From: Ignavibacteria bacterium
GTDB taxonomy: Bacteria; Bacteroidota; Ignavibacteria; Tepidaquicellales; OLB5
DNA length: 37,996 nt
Assembly: GCA_031430615.1 (NCBI GenBank)
Contig: JANPBV010000071.1
Span: 1-37,996 of the forward strand
Direction of reading: 5' to 3'
This document shows, piece after piece, positions 28,798-37,996 of the stretch. The translations under genes were made by a program, and so were the position numbers. A model generated the notes under the pieces. That model was not told the DNA's origin. It ran no database searches and saw only the letters and a list, made by a program, of their open reading frames with translations. The number at the start of each line of letters is the position of its first letter. Position 1 is the stretch's first letter.

Positions 28798-29078
28798 TGA
28801 TCACATAGTGGTCATATATTGATAGGCTATACATTAAATGTTAATTGACCCCATAGGGTCACACAGGTTTAGTAAGATTAGATGCGTTCGACTCCGATGG
28901 AGTCGTTATATTTTGGGGATTATTTTCTATAAATGTTTGACTCCTACGGAGTCATTCTTTGTATAGTTCTATAGTTTTTTCTATCATGTGTCTGTAATTT
29001 ATTTGGATCTTGACCGCGTAGTGGTCACACATTTATAGAATTAGCGCCAATGTTTATTTTGTGACCCATAGGGGTCAC
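28798..29078. repeat. cluster of six related (T/C)GAC-n-GTC(A/G) palindromes
   Basis: copies start at 28798, 28846, 28889, 28938, 29011 and 29061. Confidence 0.75.
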
Positions 29079-29126
29079 ACATGCTTTTAAGAATTCTTAA
29101 TAAAAGATTTGTTATTTAAATAAATG

Positions 29127-29162
29127 AAAAACCCCCGCTCTGTAAAAGCAACGGGGATTTTT
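29127..29162 (-). terminator. rho-independent terminator
   Basis: CCCCG/CGGGG stem followed by a U-run on the minus strand, 15 nt after the stop at 29178. Confidence 0.75.
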
Positions 29163-29177
29163 CCTGAGGGGAAATGC

Positions 29178-29867
29178 TTATTTCTTTTTCCTGTTAACTC
29201 TTGTTATCAGCATCATTCCTAATGCAAATATGAGCGGCATTTCTATACCAAAGAGCCCGCATTTTTTACCGCCTTCATCTTTAATAGTAGCAGTCATATC
29301 AACATCTTTATTCAGGTCAGCCAGTGTTTTTTCCCAAACAACCGATTTACCGTCTTTACGTCCATCTGTCTTAATAACTTCGCCGGGGAATTCAAATGTA
29401 TAGGTCAGCTTGTAATCGCTTGAACCCATTGTCTTTGCATTTGATGTATCCTGCAGCAGGGTGAACATAAAATCCTTGCCTTCTTTTCCTTCTTTGTATG
29501 ATGCTTTTGTTTTTTCAAATCCTTTTGCTGAGGTGAGGTTGTTGAAATCTTTGAACTTTATATCCATGTAAACATGTTTAGTCGAGTCATCAAGCTTGTC
29601 TTCCATTTTAAAGCTAGTAACTTCGCTGTTTGAAGATGTGTAATTCTTCTTTGCGGTTTCTTCTTTGAAGCTGAATGAGCCAAGTTCTGTAGATGATTTG
29701 AGGTTTGTCATCTTAGCCCAGTACTCAAGCTTAATTGTACCGGAGCCATCACTGTTAAGTGTTGTTTTCTGGTTAACATTAACGCATGCTGAAAAATAAA
29801 ATGCCAGTCCAAAAGCCAGCGTGAATACAAAAAGCGATTTAATCAAATTGTTCTGTGTAATTTTCAA
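29178..29867 (-). CDS. LppM/DUF3153-like lipoprotein with a C-terminal anchor
   Basis: lipobox FSAC, LNSDGSG, FPGEVIKTDG...VVW; tail KKCG-hydrophobic-RKKK. Confidence 0.7.
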   Translation of the reverse strand: MKITQNNLIKSLFVFTLAFGLAFYFSACVNVNQKTTLNSDGSGTIKLEYWAKMTNLKSSTELGSFSFKEETAKKNYTSSNSEVTSFKMEDKLDDSTKHVYMDIKFKDFNNLTSAKGFEKTKASYKEGKEGKDFMFTLLQDTSNAKTMGSSDYKLTYTFEFPGEVIKTDGRKDGKSVVWEKTLADLNKDVDMTATIKDEGGKKCGLFGIEMPLIFALGMMLITRVNRKKK

Positions 29868-30112
29868 TTTTCCCTCCGGAATTTTAATAGTTTATTGAAC
29901 GATACGAAATTAGAGAATTATAAAGCAATTTACAAAGAAGAAAAAATATAACTGTGAGTTGGATATATCTGGATATTATTGTAAATAGTGAGTTTTAGTT
30001 GTAAAAACGAGATTTTTAGTGAGTCAGAAAACAATAAGGACACAAAATTAATTTATGTTTTAAATGAATTTTTCAGTATATCATTAATTAATGATAGATA
30101 ATATCAATGAAA

Positions 30113-30298
30113 CCACCTTCCTTTACTTCCTTCCTCCGCTTACGCGTAGTAATGCGAGGCATTCAGTAAGGCAAGAATCCGCCCCTCATCCGGTTTCAAG
30201 CGGGCTCTTCCCCAAACTCTGATCCCGTCTAGGCGTTAACTGGCAAAGCCAGTCCTTCGGCTGCGAAAGCACTGTGTGCTTTCTTGAAAGGAGGGGAG
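30113..30298. other. GC-rich composite structured intergenic element
   Basis: pyrimidine-rich left end, AAAGGAGGGGAG right end; internal ACTGGC/GCCAGT and GAAAGCAC/GTGCTTTC stems. Confidence 0.45.
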
Positions 30299-30318
30299 CT
30301 AATTAAGTAAAATATAAC

Positions 30319-30876
30319 TTATCTCGAGAAAAACCCAAAGCCTACACCGAGCAAAACTTCAAAAACACCGGGTAAATTATCATTCATAAATGTTTTGCGG
30401 AACTTGATGTTAGGGTGTATAGCAATTGCATCGTTAAAGCCAGTTGAGGCGAAGAGTCCGATTGCCACTTGTCCGAAAAATCCTTTACGTGTCATATCAG
30501 TGTAATATCCCGCCCCGGGTGAAATCATAAATAATGAAGGACTGGAAAAATTGCCGTTCATTGGAATATCAAAATTATATGATAAGTGTATTGCGCTTGA
30601 GCGCTCATTTCTGATTATGTAGGTGTAATCAAATTCCGCTCTTCCATAAGGAAATTTACCTGCTGATAGCTCTTTTGAAAGTCCGAAGTAAGCTTTGCTA
30701 TCTTCCAGAATTAGTGACGGGCTGATTACGAGTATTGAGCTTAATATTAAAGTGTTGCCGGCATCAGCAGATGATGACTTGTTATACATAAGTTTATCCT
30801 GATGAAGTTTAACCTGTGAAAATGCTGAGTTCGCTGTAATCAGGAAAAATAAAAGCAGGTAAAAAGTTTTACTCAT
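30319..30876 (-). CDS. hypothetical exported protein, possibly a small outer-membrane beta-barrel
   Basis: signal peptide, alternating aromatic/Gly strands, C-terminal LGVGFGFFSR. Confidence 0.6.
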   Translation of the reverse strand: MSKTFYLLLFFLITANSAFSQVKLHQDKLMYNKSSSADAGNTLILSSILVISPSLILEDSKAYFGLSKELSAGKFPYGRAEFDYTYIIRNERSSAIHLSYNFDIPMNGNFSSPSLFMISPGAGYYTDMTRKGFFGQVAIGLFASTGFNDAIAIHPNIKFRKTFMNDNLPGVFEVLLGVGFGFFSR

Positions 30877-31018
30877 ACAGCAAATATAACTAATTACCTG
30901 CTTAACATTCTACCCGGCAGCTTTATTGCTTCGCCGGGCTATTGGGGGAATAAAGGAAATTGTTATTTTATTTAATAAGTACTCCCGCTAAAGACGGGAT
31001 TGACCCAGAGGGTGCCCC

Positions 31019-31045
31019 TAATCAAGTAACTCCGTTACTTGATTA
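31019..31045 (-). other. 12-bp hairpin covering the stop codon
   Basis: TAATCAAGTAAC-TCC-GTTACTTGATTA; stop at 31035-31037. Confidence 0.7.
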
Positions 31046-34000
31046 TCAACATTTTTAAGGTTTTTGAAAACTTTTGGGTACTGCTTGAGGCTGTTATCCT
31101 GTAAAAATATACTCCGCTTGCAATATTTGAGCCGTTGAAATCAACCGTGTAATAACCCGCAGTTTTATTTTCATCCATCAGTTGTGCCACTTCTTTTCCT
31201 GTCAGATCGTAAACTTTTATGTTAACCTTCATATCTGACGGCAGCTCAAAATCAATTTTTGAATTCGGGTTTGAAGGATTGGGATAATTCTGGTTCATTT
31301 CAAAAGATTTCGGAGTACCAACAATAACATCACTTGTCAATTCATAATATTCAAAGCTGCTGTTATAATCAATTTGTTTTAAACGGTATTTGTATTTTCC
31401 TGTTGATAATTTTTTATCAAGGTATGTGTATGTATGCGGATTGTTAGATGTGCCATGCCCGCTGATAAATGAAATCTTTTGCCACTCGCCGGTTTGTTTA
31501 TTATCAATTATCAATTTTTTTTCAATATCAAACCCGCTGTTGTTTATTTCTGACTCTGTGACCCAGCTTAAATTAATATCCCTTCCGCTTAAGGATGCCC
31601 AGAATGAGGAAATAGAAACCGGCAGGGCTAAAGAACCATCAGTCAGCGCAAAGTCAGAAAAGCTGTGCAGTGAATCAACCTTAATTGTTTTAGCTGTCCA
31701 GTTTAATTGTGACTTCCAGTTTGTCTGACCTGAAGAATATGCCGCAAATACTTCCCACACAGTTCCATCTTTCTTGGCAAGAAGTGTATTTGAGCTTGGC
31801 GTTGAAATGTTATAAGTTTCGTTATCACCAAAATTAAATGTTATGCAGTATTTACCGTTTAGTGTACCTGATGAAGGAGTTACAGTCCAGTATGAGTATG
31901 ACGAGCGTCCGCTTCCAACAACATTAGAAGGTAATACACCGGAGTTGTACTTTACTGACATACCGGTTGGGTAAGTTCCGTTTGGTCTCCAGTCAATGCT
32001 GCAAATAACCCTGCCATAAAGTGTATATGTAGTGGTTGTCCCTGCTGCCGGCGGAGCTGATTCCGTTGCTGATGGACTTGATGGCGGAGTTGCAGCAAAT
32101 TCATCCGAGCCGATATCAGTTACTCCGCCTGTTACTACAACCTGGCGTGTAGTGCCTTCATAATCAACACTCTGACCCGTTATAAATATACCCTTGCCTG
32201 CAACTATCCATGCTGCTGCATTGCCGGATTGGATAAGCAGGTTGCCGCTTGAAATTGAATTGAAAAGATTAGCTGCAGGTATCACAGATGAAGTTGTGCT
32301 CCATGTTTGCGGGTCACCTGCCGAAGAAGTGCGCCATTCATCAATTGTTCTGCCTAAGCTGCTTACCCATTCACCGATTCTTGAGCTGTTTGGCGCGATA
32401 AATACATTATAGTTAGAGGAAGTTGATGAAAAACCTGTCGCATTTGTATTCCCGATTGCATAATGAAAACCTGTGCCGCCGGTGCGCGCATTATAGAACA
32501 GGTTATTCTTCAAATTTAATGTTGCAGTACCATCTCTATAGTAACAATATGAATTAACAGAGCCGCTTGAGGTGCTTCCGCTAATGTAAATTGAATTGTA
32601 ATAAATGTTTGATGTACCGTTTGTAGAATTATCATAAATACCCCTGATGATTACACTATTTGTACTTGCGTCGCTATTTTCTATAATATTCTTAGAATTA
32701 CTGTTATCAGAAGTTTCTCCGTTTGTTAAAGTTACCTGGTTATTGTTTACATTCCATCCCGGTGTATTTGTAAATATGCCGTATATAGCGGTGGCTGTGC
32801 CTGTTGCGGCGTTGGTAAGATCATAAATTCTGTTTCTTGAAACTATGCTGCCGGCCGAGGCGGAGGCATTCATACCTATCCCTGTAACTATTATGTTAAG
32901 CAGTGATGTATTTGTGCTTCTTAGCGAATAAATTTGATTTGTTGAAATTGTCTGGCTTGAAGCCCCTGAAGTTGAAAGTATCCCGACAATATTATTTCCA
33001 TTAGCGGCAGTGCCTGTGTTTGTTGAAGCCGTTGAAAGGTCGCGGATTGTATTGCCGGTTATTGAAGTTGTAACAGTGCCGGAATAAACAATTCCGGTTA
33101 CTTGTCCGTTTATAGCTGTGCTTGCATTTGTAAAGTTGGCTATTGTGTTATTTGTTGTACTGTTTGTACTTGATGTGAATCCGCATGTGATACCGTTCAA
33201 GTAAGCGGGCATGGTTGAGGATGTAGTTTGTATGCTTCCGGCAGTTGAAGTGCTTCCAATGGTATTGCCCGAAATGCTGAAGGCTGAGGAGGGAATCCCC
33301 CCTGTGTTAATACCTGTGAATGTCATTAACCCTCCCGATGTACCTGCAATTGTGAATGAACCTATAACATTATTGGCAATTGAGCCTGAAAAAGACGAAG
33401 CGCTTGACATATCTATTCCTCTTACATGGGTTGTAATTGATACAGAATTGGCAAATGTAATGCTGATTGCGCCGTTTCCTGTTGTGCCCCCTATAATATT
33501 CGGAGTAACGTTTCCTATGTCAGCTCCACCATTAACATTAATTCCTGTGAACCATACGATACCCGCAGCGCTTGGGAATGTTGTGAGGCTGAAATTTTTT
33601 ATAATGTTGTTTTGAATACTTGAAGCCAGCGAACCGGAAGTTGGATTCACCCTGATGCCGCTAATTGTGTTTCCTGCACCGGAAGTTGAAGTTGTAAAAG
33701 TCCAGGGTGTTCCCCCTGCATTCGGCTCTGAGCCTCCAATATAATTGCCGGTTATTGTATAACCGTATGAGCCTGAGCCGGAAGCAACATTAATTCCATT
33801 AGTGGTTGTTGATACCGTAGATGTTCGTGTTGCAGTCTGGTAGAAATGATTATTCGTTATAGTCCATTGTGTATTACTTCCTGACAGGTAAATTCCCGCT
33901 GAGTTGCCCCCATTAAGGAAATAATTATATATGTTATTATTTGTAATAATATTACCGCTGTTATCTGGACCGAAGGCTCCTGAGCCTGTTGCCGATATTC

Positions 34001-35735
34001 CATAATTTGGAGTTGCCGAAGCATCGGTTCTGTCCCTGATATCGCAAAAGCTTATTGTATTATTATCATTCCCGGTTGAAACAGGGGTTGCAAAGTATAT
34101 ATTACCCCCTGTACCCGAATTATTAGTCGAAGAGCCTTCAATTATACAGTATGTAATTAAGTTATTCTGGGCGTCATTAATTAACCTAATAGTTGATGCT
34201 GTTGTAGCAGTGCTTGTGTTCCTTAATGTCAGCCCTTTGGTTGTTCCTGTTCCGCCCGGCCTTCCGTCAAACGTTACATAATCAGCGCCATTGATATCAA
34301 TTAGCATCGTAGATGATGAGCCTGAAATAACAGGTGCAACCGAACTGTTTGCCAATGCAGCGTTGAGCATGAATTTAACAGTATTTGTTGAGCTTCCTCC
34401 GGGAATTGAACCTATTGTAATCGGGAATGTTTCGGATGTATATGTTGCATCATCAAGAACAAATGTTATGGGCGCTGAAACTCCGCGGATATTAAGATTA
34501 CTCACAGCTGATGTGAGTGTAGTGAAATCTTTTCCAACTCCTATATGAAGCGTTCCTGACATAGGTCCGACAATTTTCCTGCTTCCCGAAGGTGCAGTAA
34601 CCGTTGGCGTATAGGGAGTTCCGTTTATTGTTATTGAAGTGCATTCCGCGTCAATAAAATTGCCTGCAGTCGAGCCCGAATTTACATCATAACTCAGCCA
34701 AAGGTAGTTTGGGCCGGGTGTCAGCGTCAGGCTGAACCCATTTATAGTAAAAGCTCCGTTTGGTGAAGATATTGTTGATCCCTGCTGGCTTGTTACAGCG
34801 TAGCTGCAGCTGCCTGATGTTGACCAAAGCCTGGCATTGGAAATATCAGTTATAGGATTTGTTGTGCCTGTTGTGTTAAAGCTTACGCTTGAAAGCGACT
34901 GCGCTGAGAGCTCGCCTGTCATTACTATCTGGATTCCCACTATTTCCGTATTGGCAGTGCCCTGTAATACGTCAGCAATATTTGTTTGTGCAAGTGTTGA
35001 TGAAACATAAGTCATTGAAGCTGATGGCATCCACCTGTGCTGCAAATTATTCATAGGGAACCTTGTTGTTGCAATTTCAGTAGCGCAGTTACAGCTTGTA
35101 ACCGATGTTGTAAGCCATGTCTGCCCGACAAGCATCCACCTGCCTGCATAATCTGCATTTGTTGTGCCTCTTAAGCCAACCTGCGGATTCTTGGTTGTTG
35201 TAACCGTAAAGCTGCCGTAGTTTACATCTATACGGTTTGATGTTTCATATAAAACTATTTGGAAATTATACATTTCTGTTATGTTTACAGTAGGTCCAAA
35301 ATTTTTATATTGTACAGTAAAAGTGCGGTTTGGTGCGGTTCCCTGGGTTTGCACCCGAAGCTCTCCGCCTGCGCCTGGCTGCTCGCGGATGTTCATACCC
35401 ACAGCAGAAATACAGCCCGCATATCCTTCAGTTGATGCAAGAGGGACATAATTATTATAAGTTGGTGCTGTAGCTCCGAATGTAATAAATCCGTTTGTTG
35501 AAATATTACATGTGGAATAGCTTATTCCGTTGAAGGTAAAATTGAATCCTAAAGCAATGCCCGCATGAATCCAGTCATCATTACCGTTAACTGAGTAAGT
35601 TGTCCCGCCTGTTATTGGCGTGTAGGTATTGCCGCAAACAAACTGATCAAAATAATAGCTTGTAACCACAGAGTAGGCTTCCTGAGCAAAAAAGAAGGTT
35701 ACTGAAATTATTGAAAGAAATAGAGTCTTTTTCAT
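31035..35735 (-). CDS. large Ser/Thr/Asn-rich surface protein (BNR-associated N-terminal-like domain, parallel beta-helix repeats) with T9SS type A CTD
   Basis: signal peptide; L..G.NYLWLSYD; repeated I.NN.I; LPV....F.A linker, W.T.SE.NNSGF.IE, YRLKQIDY, QNYPNPSNP. Confidence 0.85.
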   Translation of the reverse strand: MKKTLFLSIISVTFFFAQEAYSVVTSYYFDQFVCGNTYTPITGGTTYSVNGNDDWIHAGIALGFNFTFNGISYSTCNISTNGFITFGATAPTYNNYVPLASTEGYAGCISAVGMNIREQPGAGGELRVQTQGTAPNRTFTVQYKNFGPTVNITEMYNFQIVLYETSNRIDVNYGSFTVTTTKNPQVGLRGTTNADYAGRWMLVGQTWLTTSVTSCNCATEIATTRFPMNNLQHRWMPSASMTYVSSTLAQTNIADVLQGTANTEIVGIQIVMTGELSAQSLSSVSFNTTGTTNPITDISNARLWSTSGSCSYAVTSQQGSTISSPNGAFTINGFSLTLTPGPNYLWLSYDVNSGSTAGNFIDAECTSITINGTPYTPTVTAPSGSRKIVGPMSGTLHIGVGKDFTTLTSAVSNLNIRGVSAPITFVLDDATYTSETFPITIGSIPGGSSTNTVKFMLNAALANSSVAPVISGSSSTMLIDINGADYVTFDGRPGGTGTTKGLTLRNTSTATTASTIRLINDAQNNLITYCIIEGSSTNNSGTGGNIYFATPVSTGNDNNTISFCDIRDRTDASATPNYGISATGSGAFGPDNSGNIITNNNIYNYFLNGGNSAGIYLSGSNTQWTITNNHFYQTATRTSTVSTTTNGINVASGSGSYGYTITGNYIGGSEPNAGGTPWTFTTSTSGAGNTISGIRVNPTSGSLASSIQNNIIKNFSLTTFPSAAGIVWFTGINVNGGADIGNVTPNIIGGTTGNGAISITFANSVSITTHVRGIDMSSASSFSGSIANNVIGSFTIAGTSGGLMTFTGINTGGIPSSAFSISGNTIGSTSTAGSIQTTSSTMPAYLNGITCGFTSSTNSTTNNTIANFTNASTAINGQVTGIVYSGTVTTSITGNTIRDLSTASTNTGTAANGNNIVGILSTSGASSQTISTNQIYSLRSTNTSLLNIIVTGIGMNASASAGSIVSRNRIYDLTNAATGTATAIYGIFTNTPGWNVNNNQVTLTNGETSDNSNSKNIIENSDASTNSVIIRGIYDNSTNGTSNIYYNSIYISGSTSSGSVNSYCYYRDGTATLNLKNNLFYNARTGGTGFHYAIGNTNATGFSSTSSNYNVFIAPNSSRIGEWVSSLGRTIDEWRTSSAGDPQTWSTTSSVIPAANLFNSISSGNLLIQSGNAAAWIVAGKGIFITGQSVDYEGTTRQVVVTGGVTDIGSDEFAATPPSSPSATESAPPAAGTTTTYTLYGRVICSIDWRPNGTYPTGMSVKYNSGVLPSNVVGSGRSSYSYWTVTPSSGTLNGKYCITFNFGDNETYNISTPSSNTLLAKKDGTVWEVFAAYSSGQTNWKSQLNWTAKTIKVDSLHSFSDFALTDGSLALPVSISSFWASLSGRDINLSWVTESEINNSGFDIEKKLIIDNKQTGEWQKISFISGHGTSNNPHTYTYLDKKLSTGKYKYRLKQIDYNSSFEYYELTSDVIVGTPKSFEMNQNYPNPSNPNSKIDFELPSDMKVNIKVYDLTGKEVAQLMDENKTAGYYTVDFNGSNIASGVYFYRITASSSTQKFSKTLKMLIIK

Positions 35736-35766
35736 ATATTTTAGATTTAATTTTTATCTTTTTCTA

Positions 35767-35900
35767 TGAAGTTGCGGACTTTGCCCTCAATTACGAGGGC
35801 ATTTAGCCCGTCTGCTTTTAGCAGACCTCTGTGAGATGAGGAAAATTGATAAAGCCGGGAGATATTGCTGGAATCGTCTTTCTCACAGAGCGAATTTTCA
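35767..35900 (-). promoter_or_regulatory. candidate structured 5' UTR (three contiguous stems in a junction)
   Basis: CTCTGTGAGA/TCTCACAGAG, GTCTGC/GCAGAC, TGCCCTC/GAGGGCA; outer CGGGCU/AGUCCG needs a G-U pair available only on the minus strand. Confidence 0.55.
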
Positions 35901-35908
35901 TTTTTAAG

Positions 35909-35940
35909 CAAAGTTATAAACCGGTCATTGTATATGCAAA
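35909..35940 (-). promoter_or_regulatory. Bacteroidota-type primary sigma promoter
   Basis: TTTG (35940-35937)-N20-TAACTTTG (35916-35909). Confidence 0.65.
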
Positions 35941-36150
35941 GAGACTTTTTTCAAATTGTCCCATATCTAATTAATTCCTAAAACACTAAAACCTTAATTT
36001 TTCATTGATTTTAAAGATTTTTAAGTTCACTTTTACAGAGAAATATCCCACAGAAATGGTGTAAACTTTCCTTTAGAGAGTGAGATATTTGCCATAAAGT
36101 TAATTAACAGGGAGTTTTTTGTTAACATTAAATATTATTTTGCATGTAAA

Positions 36151-37218
36151 TTGAATGGATTTGTAAAAAATACTAGTGGCAGTTTTTCACTTGATGGCAA
36201 ACCTTTCAGGTTTATTGGAGCTAATGTATATGAGCTGGCTAATCTGGATTCATCAATTACCAAAAAGATAATTGAAGAGTGTGCTGTAGCGGGTTTTAAA
36301 GTTATTAGATTCTGGTTGTTTGAAAATAAACCGGTATCAGAGCAAATTAAAAAGCTAAACGAAATATGTGAAACCGCTTATCCTTACGGAATTAAATTGA
36401 TTGTTTCACTGGCTGATAAATGGGGTTACCTGCAGTATTACAAAATTGATGAAGATTGGTACCGTGAAGGATACGGGAGCAATTACATGAGATATGTTAA
36501 AGCCTTAACGGGTGAACTTGTCCATAGAAACGAAATAATGATATGGGAGCTTATCAATGAACCCGAAACAGACAACTTTGATGTTTTTTATGATTTCGCA
36601 AAAACCGCATCGGAAGAAATAAAGAGTGTGAATTTAAATCATATGTTATCAGTTGGAACTGTTGGCGGTATTGGCGATAAGTTCGGTTCAAATTTTTCAA
36701 TCTTCAAAAAAAGTAATTTCAGGAAACTGTACTCACTTGAAACATTGGATGCAATATCACTTCACGATTACAGTTATGATTCAGGTATATTTGAAAGGCT
36801 GGATATGCTCTACAGATTTAAAGGTGAGCTAAGGAAAGCCGGGCGGTATTCAAGGATTGGCGGCTCAATTGAAAAACCATTTGCAGGATTGGATAAATAT
36901 TTTCTGAAAAACGGAAAATTATTCAGATTCCCGTTAACCCTTCGGTGGCTTTGGAACATCTATAATAAGAAGGATATAAATTTTGCTAAAGAAGTTGGTA
37001 AGCCAGTATATTTAGGGGAAATTGGTTTTAAGAGTATTCACGGCAGGAACAGGATAAAGATAATGGAGCAGGATATTGAAAGTAAATTCAATAGTGGAGT
37101 GGGCGGTTACATTCTTTGGTCATTTGAATCCGGCGGGTGGAATAAAGATGGGCATGATTATGGCTTTGGGTTGGGTGAGGGATTTGAAGAGGTTGTTAAG
37201 AAGTGGAATATGAAATAA
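36151..37218 (+). CDS. glycoside hydrolase, GH5/clan GH-A (mannanase-like)
   Basis: LDGKPFRFIGANVY, WELINEP acid/base, SLHDY, KPVYLGEIG nucleophile; TTG start. Confidence 0.85.
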   Translation: MNGFVKNTSGSFSLDGKPFRFIGANVYELANLDSSITKKIIEECAVAGFKVIRFWLFENKPVSEQIKKLNEICETAYPYGIKLIVSLADKWGYLQYYKIDEDWYREGYGSNYMRYVKALTGELVHRNEIMIWELINEPETDNFDVFYDFAKTASEEIKSVNLNHMLSVGTVGGIGDKFGSNFSIFKKSNFRKLYSLETLDAISLHDYSYDSGIFERLDMLYRFKGELRKAGRYSRIGGSIEKPFAGLDKYFLKNGKLFRFPLTLRWLWNIYNKKDINFAKEVGKPVYLGEIGFKSIHGRNRIKIMEQDIESKFNSGVGGYILWSFESGGWNKDGHDYGFGLGEGFEEVVKKWNMK

Positions 37219-37238
37219 AACAGTAAAGGTTATCAGTT

Positions 37239-37784
37239 ATGAATAGTTATCCAAACGAAACATTTGAAACCGAATCATTATTCTTTCGCAGAATGACAGT
37301 TGGGGATGCCGAAACTGAATTTGAAATGTTCGGGGACCCGGAATATACATGGTTCCTCGGCAGGACTTATACTCTGGAAGAGATCCAAAAAGGCATTCAG
37401 TGGCAAATAGATAAAAAAATTTACGAAAACGGTTTAGGGAAGTGGGTAGTAATCTTTAAGGAAAACAACGAAATGGCAGGAAGCTGTGCGATTGGGAAAG
37501 TAAAAAACAAAGAAGAAATAGAAATAGCATATTTTTTAAGAAAGAAATACTGGGGTAAGGGAATAGGCACAATTGCCGCAACAATATTGCTGAACTACGG
37601 CTTCAGGCATTTAAATATACAAGAGATCATTATCCGTGTGCATCCTATGAATACTGCTTCTATTAATATAGTGAATAAGCTTAAAATGAATTTTAAATGT
37701 GTTAAGGAATACCCTGACGAAAATGCTATTCTTAATGTCTATTCAATGACAATACATGAGTATAAAACATTGTATCCGGAATAA
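37239..37784 (+). CDS. GNAT N-acetyltransferase (RimJ/RimL-like)
   Basis: ETESLFFR, EIAYFLRKKYWGKGIGT, NTASINIVNKL. Confidence 0.88.
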   Translation: MNSYPNETFETESLFFRRMTVGDAETEFEMFGDPEYTWFLGRTYTLEEIQKGIQWQIDKKIYENGLGKWVVIFKENNEMAGSCAIGKVKNKEEIEIAYFLRKKYWGKGIGTIAATILLNYGFRHLNIQEIIIRVHPMNTASINIVNKLKMNFKCVKEYPDENAILNVYSMTIHEYKTLYPE

Positions 37785-37996
37785 TGATTAAAAAAAATAT
37801 TATAAAAAATAATTATATCATAATGAAAATACTTGAAACCGAAAGATTGCTGCTGAGAAATCAGCAGCCTGAAGATATAGATGTAATTGCGAAAATGTTC
37901 GGCGATGAGGAGGTAATGAGATTTATTGGTGACGGGAAAACATTCACAAGATCCGTTGCAGAGCAATCAATTACAAAATGGAATGACTATGAACGT
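37784..37996 (+). CDS. second GNAT N-acetyltransferase, truncated by the window end
   Basis: hand translation ...MKILETERLLLRNQQPEDIDVIAKMFGDEEVMRFIGDGK...; ATG 37784 (TAATG overlap) or 37823. Confidence 0.8.
   Translation, partial: MIKKNIIKNNYIIMKILETERLLLRNQQPEDIDVIAKMFGDEEVMRFIGDGKTFTRSVAEQSITKWNDYER

Noticed and set aside
28798-29078. CRISPR array
   Set aside because: Repeats are short, non-identical and in mixed orientation, the spacers resemble each other, and no cas genes are present

Overview
AT-rich bacterial chromosomal window, most consistent with Ignavibacteriota/FCB group: it has five T9SS C-terminal-domain cargo proteins with QNYPNP-type motifs and Bacteroidota-style TTTG-N20/21-TAnnTTTG promoters. 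Housekeeping genes (serS, rfbD, uvrA, thyX, lipid A acyltransferase, GT9 heptosyltransferase, PfkB kinase, aldo/keto reductase, APC permease) alternate with secreted-protein loci. Main observations: (1) a DUF559/Vsr-like endonuclease gene missing from the ORF track, with one internal TAA, bracketed by inverted copies of a CCCCCTTT-n-AAGGGGG palindrome that recurs elsewhere in the window, a REP/RAYT-like layout with a different enzyme; (2) two ~480-aa paralogous helical proteins, each divergent from a two-gene T9SS cargo cluster; (3) promoter-proximal multi-stem 5' leaders on two cargo genes, one with an alternative pairing; (4) a covarying hairpin over the stop codon of the same two genes; (5) an M1 peptidase with QEXXH, a lipoprotein with a Cys-CTERM-like tail, and several further small palindrome families. 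All family calls come from reading motifs by eye; no searches were run.
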